DNA of 64,000 nucleotides from Epiperipatus broadwayi (lineage: Eukaryota; Animalia; Onychophora). The DNA lies in assembly GCA_028023455.1 (NCBI GenBank), contig JAQFVV010000003.1, positions 4,588,001-4,652,000 of the forward strand, written 5' to 3'. The notes beneath the pieces are model-generated. The model made no database searches and was not told the DNA's origin. It was given only the letters and a program-made list of their open reading frames with translations. Every line of letters starts with the position of its first letter. The stretch's first letter is position 1. This document shows positions 13,901-28,165 of the stretch, piece after piece. The position numbers were made by a program, and so were the translations under genes.

Positions 13901-15203
13901 TACCATTGTAACAAATATTATTGTTATCATTCTAATGAGTAATCATCCAGGATCTATTTACCCTAGGTGGATTGTATGAGACAGGCTATTTTGAGATTAC
14001 ATTTTCTAAATTCTTCCATTTCCATGATAAGCAGGGGTGGGAGACGACTCTAAATAAGTCAGCCTAAACATATAATCTTTAACAAATGGAAACTTTTGTT
14101 CAAAATTTAGTTTCAAACCAATTTATTAATGATTATACTGCCTTGAGCAAAAATTGTAACTAAGGACTGCCAGTTTATTAAACATGTCTTCTTCATTGCT
14201 TTCTTAATTCTTGAGAGCAAATAATATGTATATTAATAATATATTGTGATGCACAATAATTTTTGTTTTATTAACTATTTTTTTTTGCTCATATATATGA
14301 TTTTGTATTTGTAGAAACTACAATCAGTGTTCTTAATATTTAAAATATATTGTTGTAGACATAACAAAAAGTATACTAATGACTGTTGATATGCATTTCA
14401 ATTTGACCAAGTATCTTCAGTTAGACTGAGTCAAACAACTTATTTTGATTCAAGAATTTTGATATTGCTTAATTGAAGAGACTTGATTGGGTGAAAATGC
14501 ATATTAGAAGCATATAGATATCTTTTCCAATGTCTACTGCATTAGATTAAAATATGAGAATGCTAATTGTGTCTTTGTGTAAATATTAATAAAGTCTCCT
14601 TGAAATATATGTAAATGTCCACTCTAATCATCATGCATTAAATATTTACTATTTTGTCATATTATATAAAAAAGTTGACAAATTGTTCTGCAGTATATAT
14701 ACATTTCAGAAAACATCCATCTCCCTTGGCGGCCAATGGTTATGCATCTGTGCCACTTCACGACAGCTGATGTATTTTTCTGAAATACATTCATAATGCA
14801 GAATGATTTGTCCGTTTTTTTCAGTGTATGACATCTAAATGGTCTGTTTCATGCACAATGATTTGAACTAATAACAAAATTATATTTCAAAGTATGTTAA
14901 TCTATTAATTACATATAGCAAGATAAAGTTTTTTGATCAAGTTTAATTAATGAGATTCTGACTCTGCCTCGGTTAATTTGTAACTGTATTTGACTAAGTT
15001 AATTTAGAGAGAATGACTGCACTGTCAAAGTATTTATACTTTAACATTGAATGAGTTGATTTACCAGTACTAATACAAGATTAAATGGTTGTTATACTTG
15101 TGTGGATAATTGACATCATTTGAAGACAGCTGTTTATGAATATTTCCTAAAATATATTCCTACAAGTGATTTATTAATTTTTCCACACACTATGTCATAT
15201 AAA

Positions 15204-15675
15204 AACTGAAACACACAGGCTTATTATATACCTGTGTCTATATATGTAATATATAGGTTATATGAGCACATACTTTCACACAACCCACCACTCTCCACAC
15301 TATCTCATAACACTGATACACTTGAACACATATATGCTGAAAAGATAAATAATCAGCCTCAGGGTGGCCTTTGAGCATTCCATCATCAGATTTTCAATTG
15401 GATGGACGGTTGAAAAGTTGGAGTGTGAAATAGATTGAAGTCTGTTCATTAAAGTATGAGGATTGGCTATCTTAATATATATCTGAGCACTTATAGCATA
15501 TATGTGTAGAGATGGTAATCTGGACCAACTGATGATTGCTGGTTTAGCATGAAATTCCCATATTGGTGATTATTTATCTTTTCAACATATATGTGTTCAA
15601 GTGTATCAGTGTTATGAGATAGTGTGGAGAGTGGTGGGTTGTATGAAAGTCTGTGTTCATATACCCTATATATTA
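15204..15675. mobile_element. Hammerhead repeat family copy with head-to-head inversion
   Basis: Antisense arm 15204-15355, sense arm from 15356; HHR at 15524-15567 with disrupted helix III (ATTCCCAT). Confidence 0.75.
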
Positions 15676-15713
15676 TGACATGTAAAATAATGGATATTGA
15701 GATTTATATATAT

Positions 15714-17209
15714 TGTAACAGTATGTATATACACGCGTTGCGCAGGTGTGTGTGTATATACGAGTTACATAATTCACTTGTTTTTTATTTATTAAAAAAA
15801 ATATAAAATTTAATAAAATATCAGAATCAATAGTTTAGAAAAAGATAGAGGGAAAATTTAGAGATAAGTTAGAAATTAGTAATAATTATAACTTGTCCTT
15901 CTTTTATACTTTTTATTTTACGAACTGTCAAAAATACTCTTTAAGAAAAAAAAGTTTTTTTAATTAAAAAAATAAAAAGTTTATGATTAATTAAAATAGT
16001 TTGTACAAAAATAATCAGGCTGAAGATTAAAATTCCAGATTGATTAGTTGAACAAATTAAAATTGAAAAACAAAGAAATGTAAATTACAATTAAATTTTT
16101 TAGAGATAAAATGTATAAGGTGGGGTCAAAGTAATATAAAAGGCACTCATTCTCTATTGTCTTCAGTTTTGAGTTCAGTTAGAGTTAAGTTTCTAGTAAA
16201 AGTTTGAAGTTATGTTCAGAGTCAGTTCAAGCCAGATTAAAAAGAATGATTGGCCAGAAGTTGTGTTCGGTTGTTTCTTCCGCTCTTCTTCCGTGTGCCA
16301 TTTAGCAAAATGCCGTAATAAATTACCCTGACTCGCCTTCTGCCGAAGTTTCAACCCGTCCTACTAAATTAAGTGAAAATTATGTAAACCAGGCCACCAA
16401 GAACAAAAAAACCAAAAAGTTGTCTTTCAGTTAGAAATACCAACGCCAGGACCAAGAAAGCGAATCCGAGGACAAAAGGAGTGATCACCCAACTACAATT
16501 ACAAAAAAATCCAGGAACTATGATACCTACCATGAAAATTAAAGACTAATAGAACCGCTACAAAGACAATGTTGAAATGACAAATAAAGTCCAAAAGCAG
16601 CGCTATAAATCCTAGGCAAATATTTATTGATATCAGGATAAAAACTTTTAAATCTTACTCGTTATCATAAGCATGCAAAATTGGTTAAATGTATATTTCT
16701 TATGTGTTTATATTTTTATTATGTCTTATTATTATTATTACATTCATAATTATTATCATTTGTTTTAAAATAAATTTTGTTTAAATTATTAATGCCGTTT
16801 TTTCCGTCTCTCTCTCTCTCTCTCCATTCATAATCAAATGTACAGCCGGTCTCATGTGAAGAACTAGCCATGGGCCAAGCGCTTGAGACTTGTTAGTGAC
16901 ATCTCATGGATTGCAATCTAAGTATTGGATGGCGCCATGGGTTTTAAACCCGTTATAAATTTCCCCATGGAATAAGTCACGTTTCATGCAGCCGGGGATC
17001 TATTTTGGTCTGGAAAAATGACTCAGTTTAATATTTTATTAAATCGCAGTATGATTGATATGTAAGGATTAATCATATTTATTCTCCTGCTTGAGTAACG
17101 GTTTTTAAAAAGGTCTTTTTTTTGCAAAATAATATGATTTTATAAAGTTGTAAAAATTAAAAATTTCGAGTTGTAAACGTTGAATTAAAGGATCTTAATT
17201 CCCGTTACA
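15714..17209 (+). mobile_element. Solo LTR (Gypsy-like)
   Basis: TGTAAC...GTTACA termini (6-bp inverted); ATAT on both sides (15710-13, 17210-13); TATAAAAG at 16135 followed by CAGTT-rich sequence. Confidence 0.7.
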
Positions 17210-17452
17210 ATATATATACATATAAATAAACAAAATACACTGGAATAACTCTACAAAATTAAATAGGCCTATTTAAAACTAGACAATAATTTCCTTCCAC
17301 CATCTTAAAAAGCCGTACGCTGGCTATAGCAAAGAAATTATTATTTAGTTTATTATATTTGTATTACTTGATATTATATATATAATTTAATGTTTAAATT
17401 AGTGTGTGTAACTGTTTTGTTATTTTAAATTTATTTATATACTTTTTTTTAG

Positions 17453-17856
17453 TGGATAACAATGGCAAAAGAATTTTAAGCAAAACTTATTGTGGTAGTG
17501 CTGCATATGCAGCTCCAGAGGTTCTTCAAGGAATCCCATATAATCCCAAAATGTATGATGTATGGAGCTTGGGTTGTATTCTTTATATTATAGTTTGTGG
17601 TTCTATGCCCTATGATGATTCCAATGTTAAAAAAATGCTCAAAAATCAGTTAGAAAAAAAAGTAGGTTTTCCATCTCGAGTGAATGATAAACTTTCTCAG
17701 GAGTGCAAAAGTTTAATTCATCACATGTTGGAAGTAGATATAACCAAGAGAGCGACCATTGATCAAGTGCTTAAGAGTGAATGGTTGAAACCAATGTCTC
17801 ATCATATGACTGCTCCTGGGGATCATCATTCTGCTGGTTCCTCAGCAAAAGCTTAA
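17453..17856 (+). CDS. TSSK: Terminal coding exon of a TSSK-family kinase (subdomains VIII-XI and tail)
   Basis: Poly-T tract + AG at 17451-52, then TG GAT AAC... (phase 1). Encodes [53 protein letters not shown], which closely resembles the TSSK1/2 activation segment. Stop TAA at 17854-56; AATAAA at 18090-95. Confidence 0.93.
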
Positions 17857-18599
17857 CTGGGTATTTTATTAGACGGCTTTCAAAGTGTTACTGCAGGACT
17901 AAATTGAAATTGAAATTATTCTTAATTAAAAAAAAAAAAAAAGATAGTCTCAAAGTTGTAATATGATTTTTGCTTTCAAATTTTCATAAGGTAAATTGTA
18001 TAAGGATTTTTTTTTTTTTTAAGAATGTTATCCTGCATAAAAACAATCTTCTAGTCTAAATTGCAAATTAATGCCTATTTTCTACTCTTAATAAAGTACA
18101 GAGTATAAACTAGTTTAATTATTTTGTTTTTATTTCATATTATCATTATTATTCGCAGCTGCTGATAAATGACTATGGCCTAACATAAAAAAATGAAATG
18201 TGTAAAATAATATAATATAAAAATAAGATAAATAAGAAAAAAATTAACAACACAAAAATATTAGGTATTATTCACTTTTAATATAGCTTTTTTATGATTT
18301 AGAAAGTGAAAATTTCATTTTATTCAATAAAATATAAGTTTTTATTTCTTTTACATATGTATCATTTTATGTAATTTTATTACTTAATTAAAAATCTTAT
18401 ATCTTTATTAACATACATTTATCATCTAATGGTTCATTAATTTCTCAGACTTACAGTAGATGGTTCTAGAGAAGGGGAAGAAAACTACTCTTGGAAGCAC
18501 ATAAATAAGTTTATGAGAAAATCATATGATGATGTTGATGGTACATATTATTAAATCCATCAAATTAACATCGATTCATGGCACACAATATCTACTGTT

Positions 18600-20070
18600 A
18601 AATTTTCTAGCAGTGCCACCTGTGTTACAAAGTTTCAAGTCAAGCAATGAGAAGTTTGGTAAATCAACACTTTTCTACCAATGCTAATATTTTGAATAGA
18701 CAATTCAGAACAATGCAAAACAATAGGAGCATACTAAATGAGCTAAGGAGTTACTCACCTCTTAATGATTAAGGAAAGACTAATACTCATTTTAATACCT
18801 AATATATGCATAAGGCTCTGCTATTAAATTTTCCAAAAGTTCTACTTGCACTAAAAAGTTTCAAATTAATCAGACAGAAAATGATAAACCATCACTTTCT
18901 TATCACTGTTAAGATTTTAAATAAACAGTAACTAGAGAAACAATGCAAACTTTCCATTTTACATTTATTTATAAGGCAAAATTAATTAAAATTAACTTCC
19001 TTAACTGTCTATAATTTTATATGATTAAAAAAATAAAAATTAAATTATTTGTGAAGGAAATGATCAAAAATGATAAAAACAATATAGTCACATGATTTGG
19101 TTTCTTTTCTTAGTCAATTAGAAATAGCTTACAATCTGAAAAATATTTTGACATGATAATTTCCCCATATTCAGTGACTTTGTTCTCATTCTATTAAAAA
19201 TAATTTTTGAATCAGGAACTTTCAATCTGTTTTGAGTAATAGTTGCTTCACCAATGCTTTATAATTCCATCCACAACAGATTGCCATTCCTGAAGAACTT
19301 GGAAATCTCCTGCTCAAACACCATCTCTCTTTTGGTATATATTTTTTGCAATTTATTCTTATCTCATAATTTGCTGAGTGTTATCTTCTGAAACAAATTC
19401 TGTCATGAGTTTGAACACAGGCTGCTGCATTTTTCTTTTTGTTGGAGCACTTGTATGCACAATAACTTTAAAACATATTCTGATTTAAAACTGGGGATTG
19501 ATGATTCTTCTGAAATATTGCAGAGTGTATGTATTCATAGCAATAGCTTTTGATCAAAATTGCTGTCTGAAAATTTCTTTTCTTGTTATTGTGGTTTTGT
19601 GCATTTTCTATACTTTCCTATATGCATTTTGAATTATTTTAGCTGCCTCTTACAACTCATATTGCACACAATTAGAGAATGTGAGCTGGGACAAATCCTT
19701 CTCTATCATCTTGTTAGAGATTTGGAGAACTTTAAAAGTTGACTGTTATGGGTGAGAAAAATCTAGGTGAATGCCACAGGAATGATACTGTATCAAAGAA
19801 ATATTTGCTGTAACTATATAACCACATTTGCATATGTTGCTACTAAAGTTGAAGACAGCTATGATGTGAAGTCACCTTGGTTATTTCTCTTGAATTGTCA
19901 TAATCAATGTCCTGATTTCCTGGTATTCAGGGATGGCTATGATGATCTTCACCAATGTATAAACAACACTGGAATTAAATATAGCGACACCTACTATTAA
20001 ATTTTTCACTGGCATTATAATTTCAAGCAGGTAAAAAATGGTGAAGCATCATTTTCCTATTACCATTAAG
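18600..20070 (-). mobile_element. Highly decayed non-LTR retrotransposon (endonuclease end/linker region)
   Basis: Stop-ridden minus frame reads ...LYIGEDHHSHP*IPG...HHSCLQL...SPRFF... and ...NYYSKQIESS..., resembling the APE C-terminus and linker of CR1/L2/Jockey-like LINEs. Confidence 0.45.
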
Positions 20071-21499
20071 ATTTTAAATACAGTGATTCAGAATAATAAT
20101 AACAAAAGCAAAATTAAGTGAGCTCAGATATTATGATAGCTCTTAATGATCAACTTTCCATTACAAAGCAAAATAAATTAATAACCATTTTAATAATCTC
20201 GAAAATCTCCTTAATTGACTTTATAAGAAATTGGAATATACATGAAATTACATTGCAATTAAATTTAGCAATACTTATTACCTGTACGATGAAAATATAA
20301 AGCACCAGAAAATGCTAAACAACTTCAAAAGTATACACAAAGTAAAAAAATGAAATTAATCAAAATTTAATAACTCTTAGTGATCAATTTTCCATTTACA
20401 AAATTAGTCATAAAAAGCTAAATAACATGCATTATCACATTATCTTTAAAGTAAATATAATACTTATTAGAATTATACTTATCTCACTAGACATATATTT
20501 TAAATAAAATATACAAAGTAAATCATATATATCTACATATATATAAATAAATTATTCAGATAGTCTTATAGAGTTTGGTTAGTCTTTTTTTATTTTATAT
20601 GTGCTTAAAATTATATCTTACTAAAAGCTCTCCTTCCTTTAATGTCAATGTTGGCAAAGCTCTATAAATGATTTTATTTTATGGAAAGTAATTAAAAGCA
20701 AATTTCAAAATTTGAAAAACACTTAATTTAGTAGTAATATATTTTACATATATATTTGCCTAGTAAATTTAGTTCCATTTAAATTTTCTAAATTTCCTTA
20801 GCATACCATATTTTTTAACTTGTTCTATATTAATGGTGCCATATGGAATTTTTAAAAAACTTACTTGAGACACAATTTTTACAACAACTTCAGTTTTAAT
20901 AATATTGAAGCAAAACACTATATATTGACAGAAAATAGAAAAACTAAGCAAAACAATAAGGCTAAGGCAAATAGTGACTACCATTAAAAAAAGTAAGGAA
21001 AAAAAATGTCAATATCCAAAAAACATATTTATTGTTTGTTCGTAATTTCTAATTTATCATGAACAAAATACAAAATTACATCTTTATCGATAATTTCTTT
21101 GAATTTCTCACAAAATTCTCATTTAAACCATATATAATACATCTTACCTGAGATAATCCATAGCTTCAAAATTTACAAAAATAGTCGCATAAACATTTTT
21201 ATCTTGTACCCCAAAAGTTAAAAAATCTCAAGGTATCTATAAGAAAAAAATCCATCCTAATAAAAGATACAAAATAAATCATTTCCAGAAAATGGATATG
21301 GATTTGTAATCATAGTGATTGGTTTTTTTGTCTAAACAAAACTACAAATTGAAAACTACTGTCTGTATCAATGATAAAATGAGTTTCCCCTTTTTGTTTT
21401 ATATTTTTTGCATATACCAGTGTTGTTTATAATTTTTGTGCAAACCAGTGATGCTATCTAGTTATATTTATTGTCCCACAGAGATATAATTTATTTGTA

Positions 21500-22560
21500 T
21501 GTAGCTAATTTGCTAATTATAGATCTGAAAATAATGTGATGCAAGATGCGACAAACCTACTGACTCCATAGCATGAGTACCAAGGCATAGGCAAGAATAA
21601 GAATTTGATTCTTTGACTGCATACAATTCCATGTGGTATACATAATCATTGTGGATATTACCACACACACTACCTTAAGCCTCCCTTTATTAGTTAGTTT
21701 TAAGAGTTTATATTTTCACATGGTACTATGCCCAGTAAATTTTGTGATTGTTTTATCAACTTCAACCTTTCTGTACATCTGATAATCAGTCTTAAAATTT
21801 ACATTGCATGGCTCTATAATATCTTAATTTTATATATAAAAATCATTACTTGTTATACAAACACAGACATGCAAGTATAAACATACTAATACAAATATAA
21901 ACACACTAATAAATTATTAAGCTTTTTGAGAATCATTATGTCTATAAAAGAAGGTTGCCTCAAACTAGGTTCAGAATCCCAAAATTACATTGTACATAAA
22001 TCACTACATTCATTATATATATATATAAAACAATACAAATGTGTGTAATGCAAGTACAATTTATATACTACACAGACACACTAATACAAACACTTTAATA
22101 AAATATACATTTATCAAATAATATAAAAACTTAAAATAATATTCAAATAAAAAAAAAAAAATTAAAATTGAATACTTACATATATTACATTTATTTTCAG
22201 GATGAAGGCCTTGAAATTGCAAAATCAATGAAGCATGTTGAACCCATTTTATTAAGGACTCTGGCTAATAAAAAAATTGTGCCTTTGTCTTCTTCATGCA
22301 ATTCTAGTAAACTGATCAGAAAAAAACAACTTATTAATAAAAATATTAATAAAAAAAATCGAAATTTTGTCCCATTTTAACATGCCATATGCCATTTTAA
22401 AAAGGAACTCAAGCCACAGAGAATGATGGCATTGGCATATACATAGTCCTTTTGTTTACCCCACAATTTTAAAAAGAAAACAAAGATTTTAATTTCAATG
22501 GCAGCAACACTAACATTTATGAAATCATTTAAATAATAATTTTGTACATGCTTCTGCAAC
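21500..22560 (-). mobile_element. piggyBac-like transposase relic, copy 1 (apparent intron ~21823-22178)
   Basis: Minus-strand peptides EIKIFVFFLKLWG and VEVDKTITKFTGHSTM*KY resemble piggyBac EIKxFIGxxILMG and SIDExMIxFKGRSxxKQY; GTAAGT donor; homologous to 57620-58560. Confidence 0.5.
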
Positions 22561-24146
22561 GAATAATAAAACAAACTTTCAATCTTAGAAGATACATTTT
22601 ATATATTGTATCATCCAGTGTCACAAAGACTACTAGTATGTATATAATATGCTGGAGTATTTTCTGAAAAAAATTATAAACATGTAAAAAAAAGATTCTA
22701 AAATATACATTTTCACATATCAAAACTCAAAATAGTTGACAGGTATTCTCTTGTGTATAGAATAAGAAACAACCAAGCAGAGTGAAGGCAGATTCCTATC
22801 TCATTGTATTATTTTGTTATAAAAAATTCTAAAGGTTATTCAGTACACTTTTCTTAATAAATAACAGTAAAATTGGCAAAATAATATTAAAAGTAGAGGT
22901 TTGCAAATTAAAGCCGTTTATAAAATTAATCAAAAAAATATTGACATTTAATGTTAACTCTTTTTATTATTATTAAAAAAGATTTAACTTGCTATTCTAC
23001 ACAGGGATATCAATGAGCATGATAGTAACACTATGCATATATGTAGCATACTGTGCTGTACAGGAAATAGATGTTAAAAATATTGGGTTCAAATTTAATA
23101 TACACCCCCCCTTTCAGATTCAGTATTTGAAAAAAATCATCTTATATTCAAAGTAATATGGTGGTTTATTTGTTTATTTTATAACCAGAGAGAGCTTAGA
23201 TAACTCCAACTTATTTCTTATATGTAAATGCTGTGTGAATTCAATAAAGAAATGGGTATCATTCTCTAATGATTAAATATTTGCCAGTTTCTGGGTGACA
23301 AAAATTTATTTTTTTTCTTTTTGTTAAGAATATCTGCTTAAGCACTAGTTTTTGAATAATAGCTATATTCACTATGAAGGATTTATTGGAAAAATACTAA
23401 AACTGCTTGGAACTTAAAAAAATCCCATATAATTACATTACCTATTAGACTATGAACCTTTCTTAGGTGATTAACATTTATTATTATTTTTTATTCTATA
23501 TGTTAAAAAAATAATTTTACTATTATCATTCAAGGATAGCCTTTTCATGGAATTATATAAAGTTTTAATAAGATAAGATATGCTATTTCCCGCCTCCCTT
23601 CATCTGAGAAGTGGATTTTCAGTTGCTAATAAAACCATACATATGTAACTTCTCTTTACTTCAATACCTGTTTACCAGGTTTAATAATTTTTTCACCCAT
23701 AATTCATTTCTTCACAACCCTATCATGTAATAATTTTGTACATTTCAACAAGCTTAAAACTTTTTTTTTTGAAAGAAAATTTATAGTACATTCAATAATG
23801 ATACAATTAGGAAGAGAAACTTCTACATTATGCATTCACAGCATGGGTAAAACTGACAATAAGTTACACATACAAGGTTAAGCCTCTCCAGTTTTTATTA
23901 CAACATGGTAATAATAGCTAGCTACTACTACTTAAGGTTAATGAATTTAATAAATTGCTAATTTTTATTTTTCCATGTGCATATATGCTTATAAATGGAG
24001 TAATAAACCTGAAGCATTTACCACAACTATACAACACATCTATAACTTGGGATTTGTATGTGATTAGGTAAAATTTGAAAAATATTTCTGATTGTAAATG
24101 AATTTTTTTTTTTTTCAAGTTGAGGGCTCATGAAATGGAAAATGAT

Positions 24147-25422
24147 GGTAATTATAACATAGTCAGGCTTGGCCGCTTAGATGGCATTCTGGCTCGCCAA
24201 AACACCTAACAAATGCCATTTACAAGGTCTGACTTACAGCTATAGAAAACATCTATGTTTTTCTTAGCCATTGCAGGCTGTGATGATGACTTAACACAGA
24301 AATAATAAGGTCTATTTCTGCTTCACAACAGTTACTGTGAATTTACACACTTATATTTTGTATACAGTTTGATATATGTGTGTGTGTAGTTTGAGTAGTA
24401 AAATATTTACAATATACGTTACACAGTCTTCGTATTTATAATTAATTTAAGAAACCTGACTTTATAGTAATTTTCCAAATGGCCATACCTTTGTTTAGAG
24501 AATGTGTACGGTGTAAAAGCTTTCCAAGAGTAAGTAACAAGGAATTTGGCCGAGTTCACGTGCGAAATCTCATTTTCATGTAAAATACCACGTAGTTCCT
24601 AAAATGGCTGGCGAACGCATAAGTTTTTCACAGTTGCCGACAACAGAAGCTGAGTATGTGTCATATTTGCAACATCACAAAATACTACTAATTTGGACTG
24701 TAGGTTTGTTTCTGCTGTCCATAAAAAAAAAAGCCATTTGATCAGTTGACATATTTTTTTTTTGTTTTTGTTTTTGGTTATTGTTTGTAAACAATATTAC
24801 ATTGATTAGGGGAAGTTTGTTTTGGTTGAGACAAAATTGTGGGCCCAAAACCTTTCCATTTGATACAAATTAATAAATAAAAAGCAAGGGTGAAAAAAAA
24901 AACAACTTTTATTTCTTTGAAAACTACACAGTTGTTTTGTTATGTAGAAAGCAATAATTAAGCGAAAGACATTGCAAAATAGACATCGCAGAATAGCAGC
25001 AATCAATGAATCGATCCCCTACCCCCCCCCCCCAAAGTTTAAATTTATGTTTAAAAAAATCAAAAAGTTGTTGTTTTCTAAAGACAAAATTAAAATTAAA
25101 CATTTTATTTTTAAAAAAGACAGGTAAAAAAACGTTATAGCAATCAATCAATTAATAACAAAAAAGAGAAATGATGATAATTTGTCAAAAAACAGCGATT
25201 TAAAAATAAAAAAGTTGTTGTTTACTAAATACAAAATTAAAATTAAACAACTTTTTTATAAAAAGGCAGGAAAAAAAAAGTTATAGCAATCAATAAATTA
25301 ATAACCAAAAAAACCAAAAAAACAGCGATTTAAAAATCACGCACCCTGAAAACCTACATTGTATTGTTTTTGACTGCCAACAACGCCATCAAGTGGCCAT
25401 GCCTGACTACGTTATAATTACC
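24147..25422. mobile_element. Non-autonomous Merlin-type DNA transposon (MITE)
   Basis: ~40-bp TIRs starting GGTAATTATAAC; perfect 8-bp TSD AAAATGAT (24139-46, 25423-30). Confidence 0.85.
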
Positions 25423-25689
25423 AAAATGATTAAGACTCTTATTATTCACAATTGGAACAAAAGACTGATAAAAAATCTCTAGGATAATATTATTACTCTC
25501 AGTGATTCATGAATAAATCTAGATACTGATTTTCTAAGTCCCTTGGATGATACTCTTGGGTAGATTCAATTGAGCTATTTGCATAAGATTTATCATGTTA
25601 TTGCAATTCTATCTTGCCACTAGTTATTGCGTATTTGAAATTAAAAGACCATTAGATAATCTTAAATATAAGCACACTTAAGAATTATA

Positions 25690-26321
25690 ACTTAATATAC
25701 TGTACAGGCTTACATCTGCCATATAATGTAATATATAAGGGATTTGAACTCAAGACTTTTACACAACCCTCAACTCTCCATGCCATCTCATATTGCTGAC
25801 ACATCTGATCACACACATGTTGAAAAGATAAATAATCACCAATATACATACTTCATGATAAACCAGCACTCATCAGTTGGTCCAGATTACCATCTCCACA
25901 CATACAATCAGTGTTCAGCTTTATATTAAGATAGACAATCTTCATACTTTAACATGGGCTTCAAAGCACTCCAACCCACAACTCTTCCACCATCAATTTC
26001 ATTGAAAACCACTCCAACCCACAACTCTTTCATCATCCATTTCATTGAAAATATGATGATGGAATGTTCAAAGCCCATGTTATGCCAAGGTTGTCATCCT
26101 ACCCATGTTGATGTTAGTCATTCTGACCATCATGTACTGGAGAATAATACATTTTTACATACATAGGTGAGGAATGGGCAGACCTTTAATGCACTATGTT
26201 TCAATATGTAACTTAATACACTGAATAGGCTTACACATACCTCCACATATAATGTAATATATAAGGGATTCAAACTCAGACTTTCACACGATCCTCAACT
26301 CTCCATGCCATCTCATATTGC
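25690..26321 (-). mobile_element. Hammerhead repeat family copy, ~1.2 tandem units
   Basis: ATATAATGTAATATATAAGGGATT recurs at 25721 and 26247 (includes a short internal duplication); degenerate HHR at 25838-25881 on the minus strand. Confidence 0.75.
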
Positions 26322-26779
26322 TATCATTATCCAGTTATAACAATGTAAGTTCATTCTAATCCATATATTATAACTATTCAGAGCATAGTTAGAGAGGTAA
26401 TGAATAGTCTTTCTAAGTAGCTAGATTTGACCAATATACAGCAATCCATTCAATTCTTTATTTATATTTGATGTGCATTCTTCACATATTGTATAAAAAT
26501 GCAGACTCATAAGAAGTTATTAGATTGCTATAATTTAGGAGACTGATTAATCTCTGTCTAATCAGAGACTTAACTTAAGGGAACTAATCACAGAGACCTA
26601 TTGTCTTTTTATGATTTGCCCAATTAACTAAATAACCAATAACTTATAAAAATAAACCAATATGATTTATTTCCGTAATCAATTGTCCATCTCGGAAAGA
26701 ACAAATTCATAAAATAAACAAAATTTTAAAATAAAAAAGTATATTGTACATGTATAATTTATTACTATATAAATAATAC

Positions 26780-26950
26780 ACGTAACTGCAGAATATAGCA
26801 CGAGATAACTAATATATTACGAAATTTTATTCGCTCGCGTTTGTTTATCGGAACTGTTCTGTTGCTTACGCTGATGAACTTAAAAGTCAGCTTTAAACTT
26901 GTTTCAATTTTGAAATAAAAATCCTTTTATATAAACTGGTTTAAATTAAA
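26780..26950 (+). promoter_or_regulatory. Probable TSSK promoter/5' UTR region retaining CpGs
   Basis: Local cluster of CpGs (CGTAAC, CACGAG, TACGAA, TTCGCTCGCG, ATCGG, TACGC) immediately upstream of the ATG in otherwise CpG-poor DNA. Confidence 0.4.
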
Positions 26951-27171
26951 ATGCAATGGTTGAAAAAATTATTAAAGCGTAAAAACAAAACCGGAAAAGG
27001 ATTTATTAATTTTCGCAGCAAGAACAGTGATAATGAAATAATCAGCAAATCAAATAAAAAAAATATTAAAAAATGCCTAAATGAAGATATATCCGATCTT
27101 TCCACAATATTAAAAGCAAAAGGGTACAGAATTGGACATCAAATTGGTGAAGGCTCCTACAGCAAAGTAAA
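26951..27171 (+). CDS. TSSK: TSSK-family kinase exon 1 (basic N-terminus and Gly-rich loop)
   Basis: ATG at 26951; ends ...KGYRIGHQIGEGSYSKV; donor GTAAGC at 27172 (phase 2, AA). Confidence 0.88.
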
Positions 27172-27947
27172 GTAAGCAAAGCACTATTTATTATGAAAAT
27201 ATTTATTGTGTCGTAACGTACAATATCCTCCTGATCTATATATATCGTTTGGTTCAAAGCCAGTTTGAATAAACCTAGAAATTTATTTTTTAGGCTACAT
27301 ATAAGTTTAAACTTATTCTATCAGGTAATCATATTATAGCCAACCTAACTATCCATTCAATTATTGGACAGTAAAACGGTATTTACTAGAAGATTTAACA
27401 AAGATGAAAAATCATTAAAACCGCTTGCAGTTGACATACCTAGTAAATAACTTCATCTTCCTCATAGTTTTTTTGGAGGGGGGGGTGTATTCAAGTACTT
27501 AAAGGCAGTTTAGTCTTTAATTTTTATCTATTTATTCAATAAACATTGCTAAGAAATTCTCATTGACAATAGTGGCATATCTATATATTTGAGTGACAGA
27601 AATTTACACACACATACATATATATAAATTTTACTCTAATAATAATTGCAAAACTATATGGATTTTTGCAATTATATGAATTACCCTTTCTTTTTTTAAA
27701 AAGCAAAAAGAGACAATAAATACACCATACATATATACACAATAAAGTGGAGAAAGTATTAAAAAGAGAAAATTTAGTGGCTTAACCAACTCATTACAAA
27801 AAGTCTCTCCAGGACTTTTCCATAAGTCATGAGAATAAATATTGGAAGAAAAGATTCTGTCCCGTTGGAAAAAAATATCTGTTGATTGGGGAGTTTTTAT
27901 TTCTCCAGCTAAAAACAGCTAGTAATCATTTTCTGATCAATATTAGA

Positions 27948-28165
27948 AGGTATTTGAATTCAGACTTTCAAGCTCCCTACCGCTATTCACTCCATCTTAC
28001 ATAGGAGGTATCCATGTCAACTTATAAAAAAGATAAATGATTTTCAATAACCATATTTCATGCTAAAACAGCACTCATCAGTTGGTCTAGATCATTTACC
28101 ACACACATATATAATCAGTCCTCAGTTTATATTAAGATAGCAACTCTTCAAACTTATATGATCAG
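27948..28165 (-). mobile_element. Diverged fragment of the hammerhead repeat family
   Basis: Minus-strand core ACCAA-CTGATGA-GTGCT-GTTTT-AGCAT-GAAA at 28043-28086 with degenerate helices I and III. Confidence 0.65.

Noticed and set aside
26871-26890. CTGATGA upstream of the TSSK start
   Set aside because: No GAAA after the stem; it forms a simple hairpin instead.
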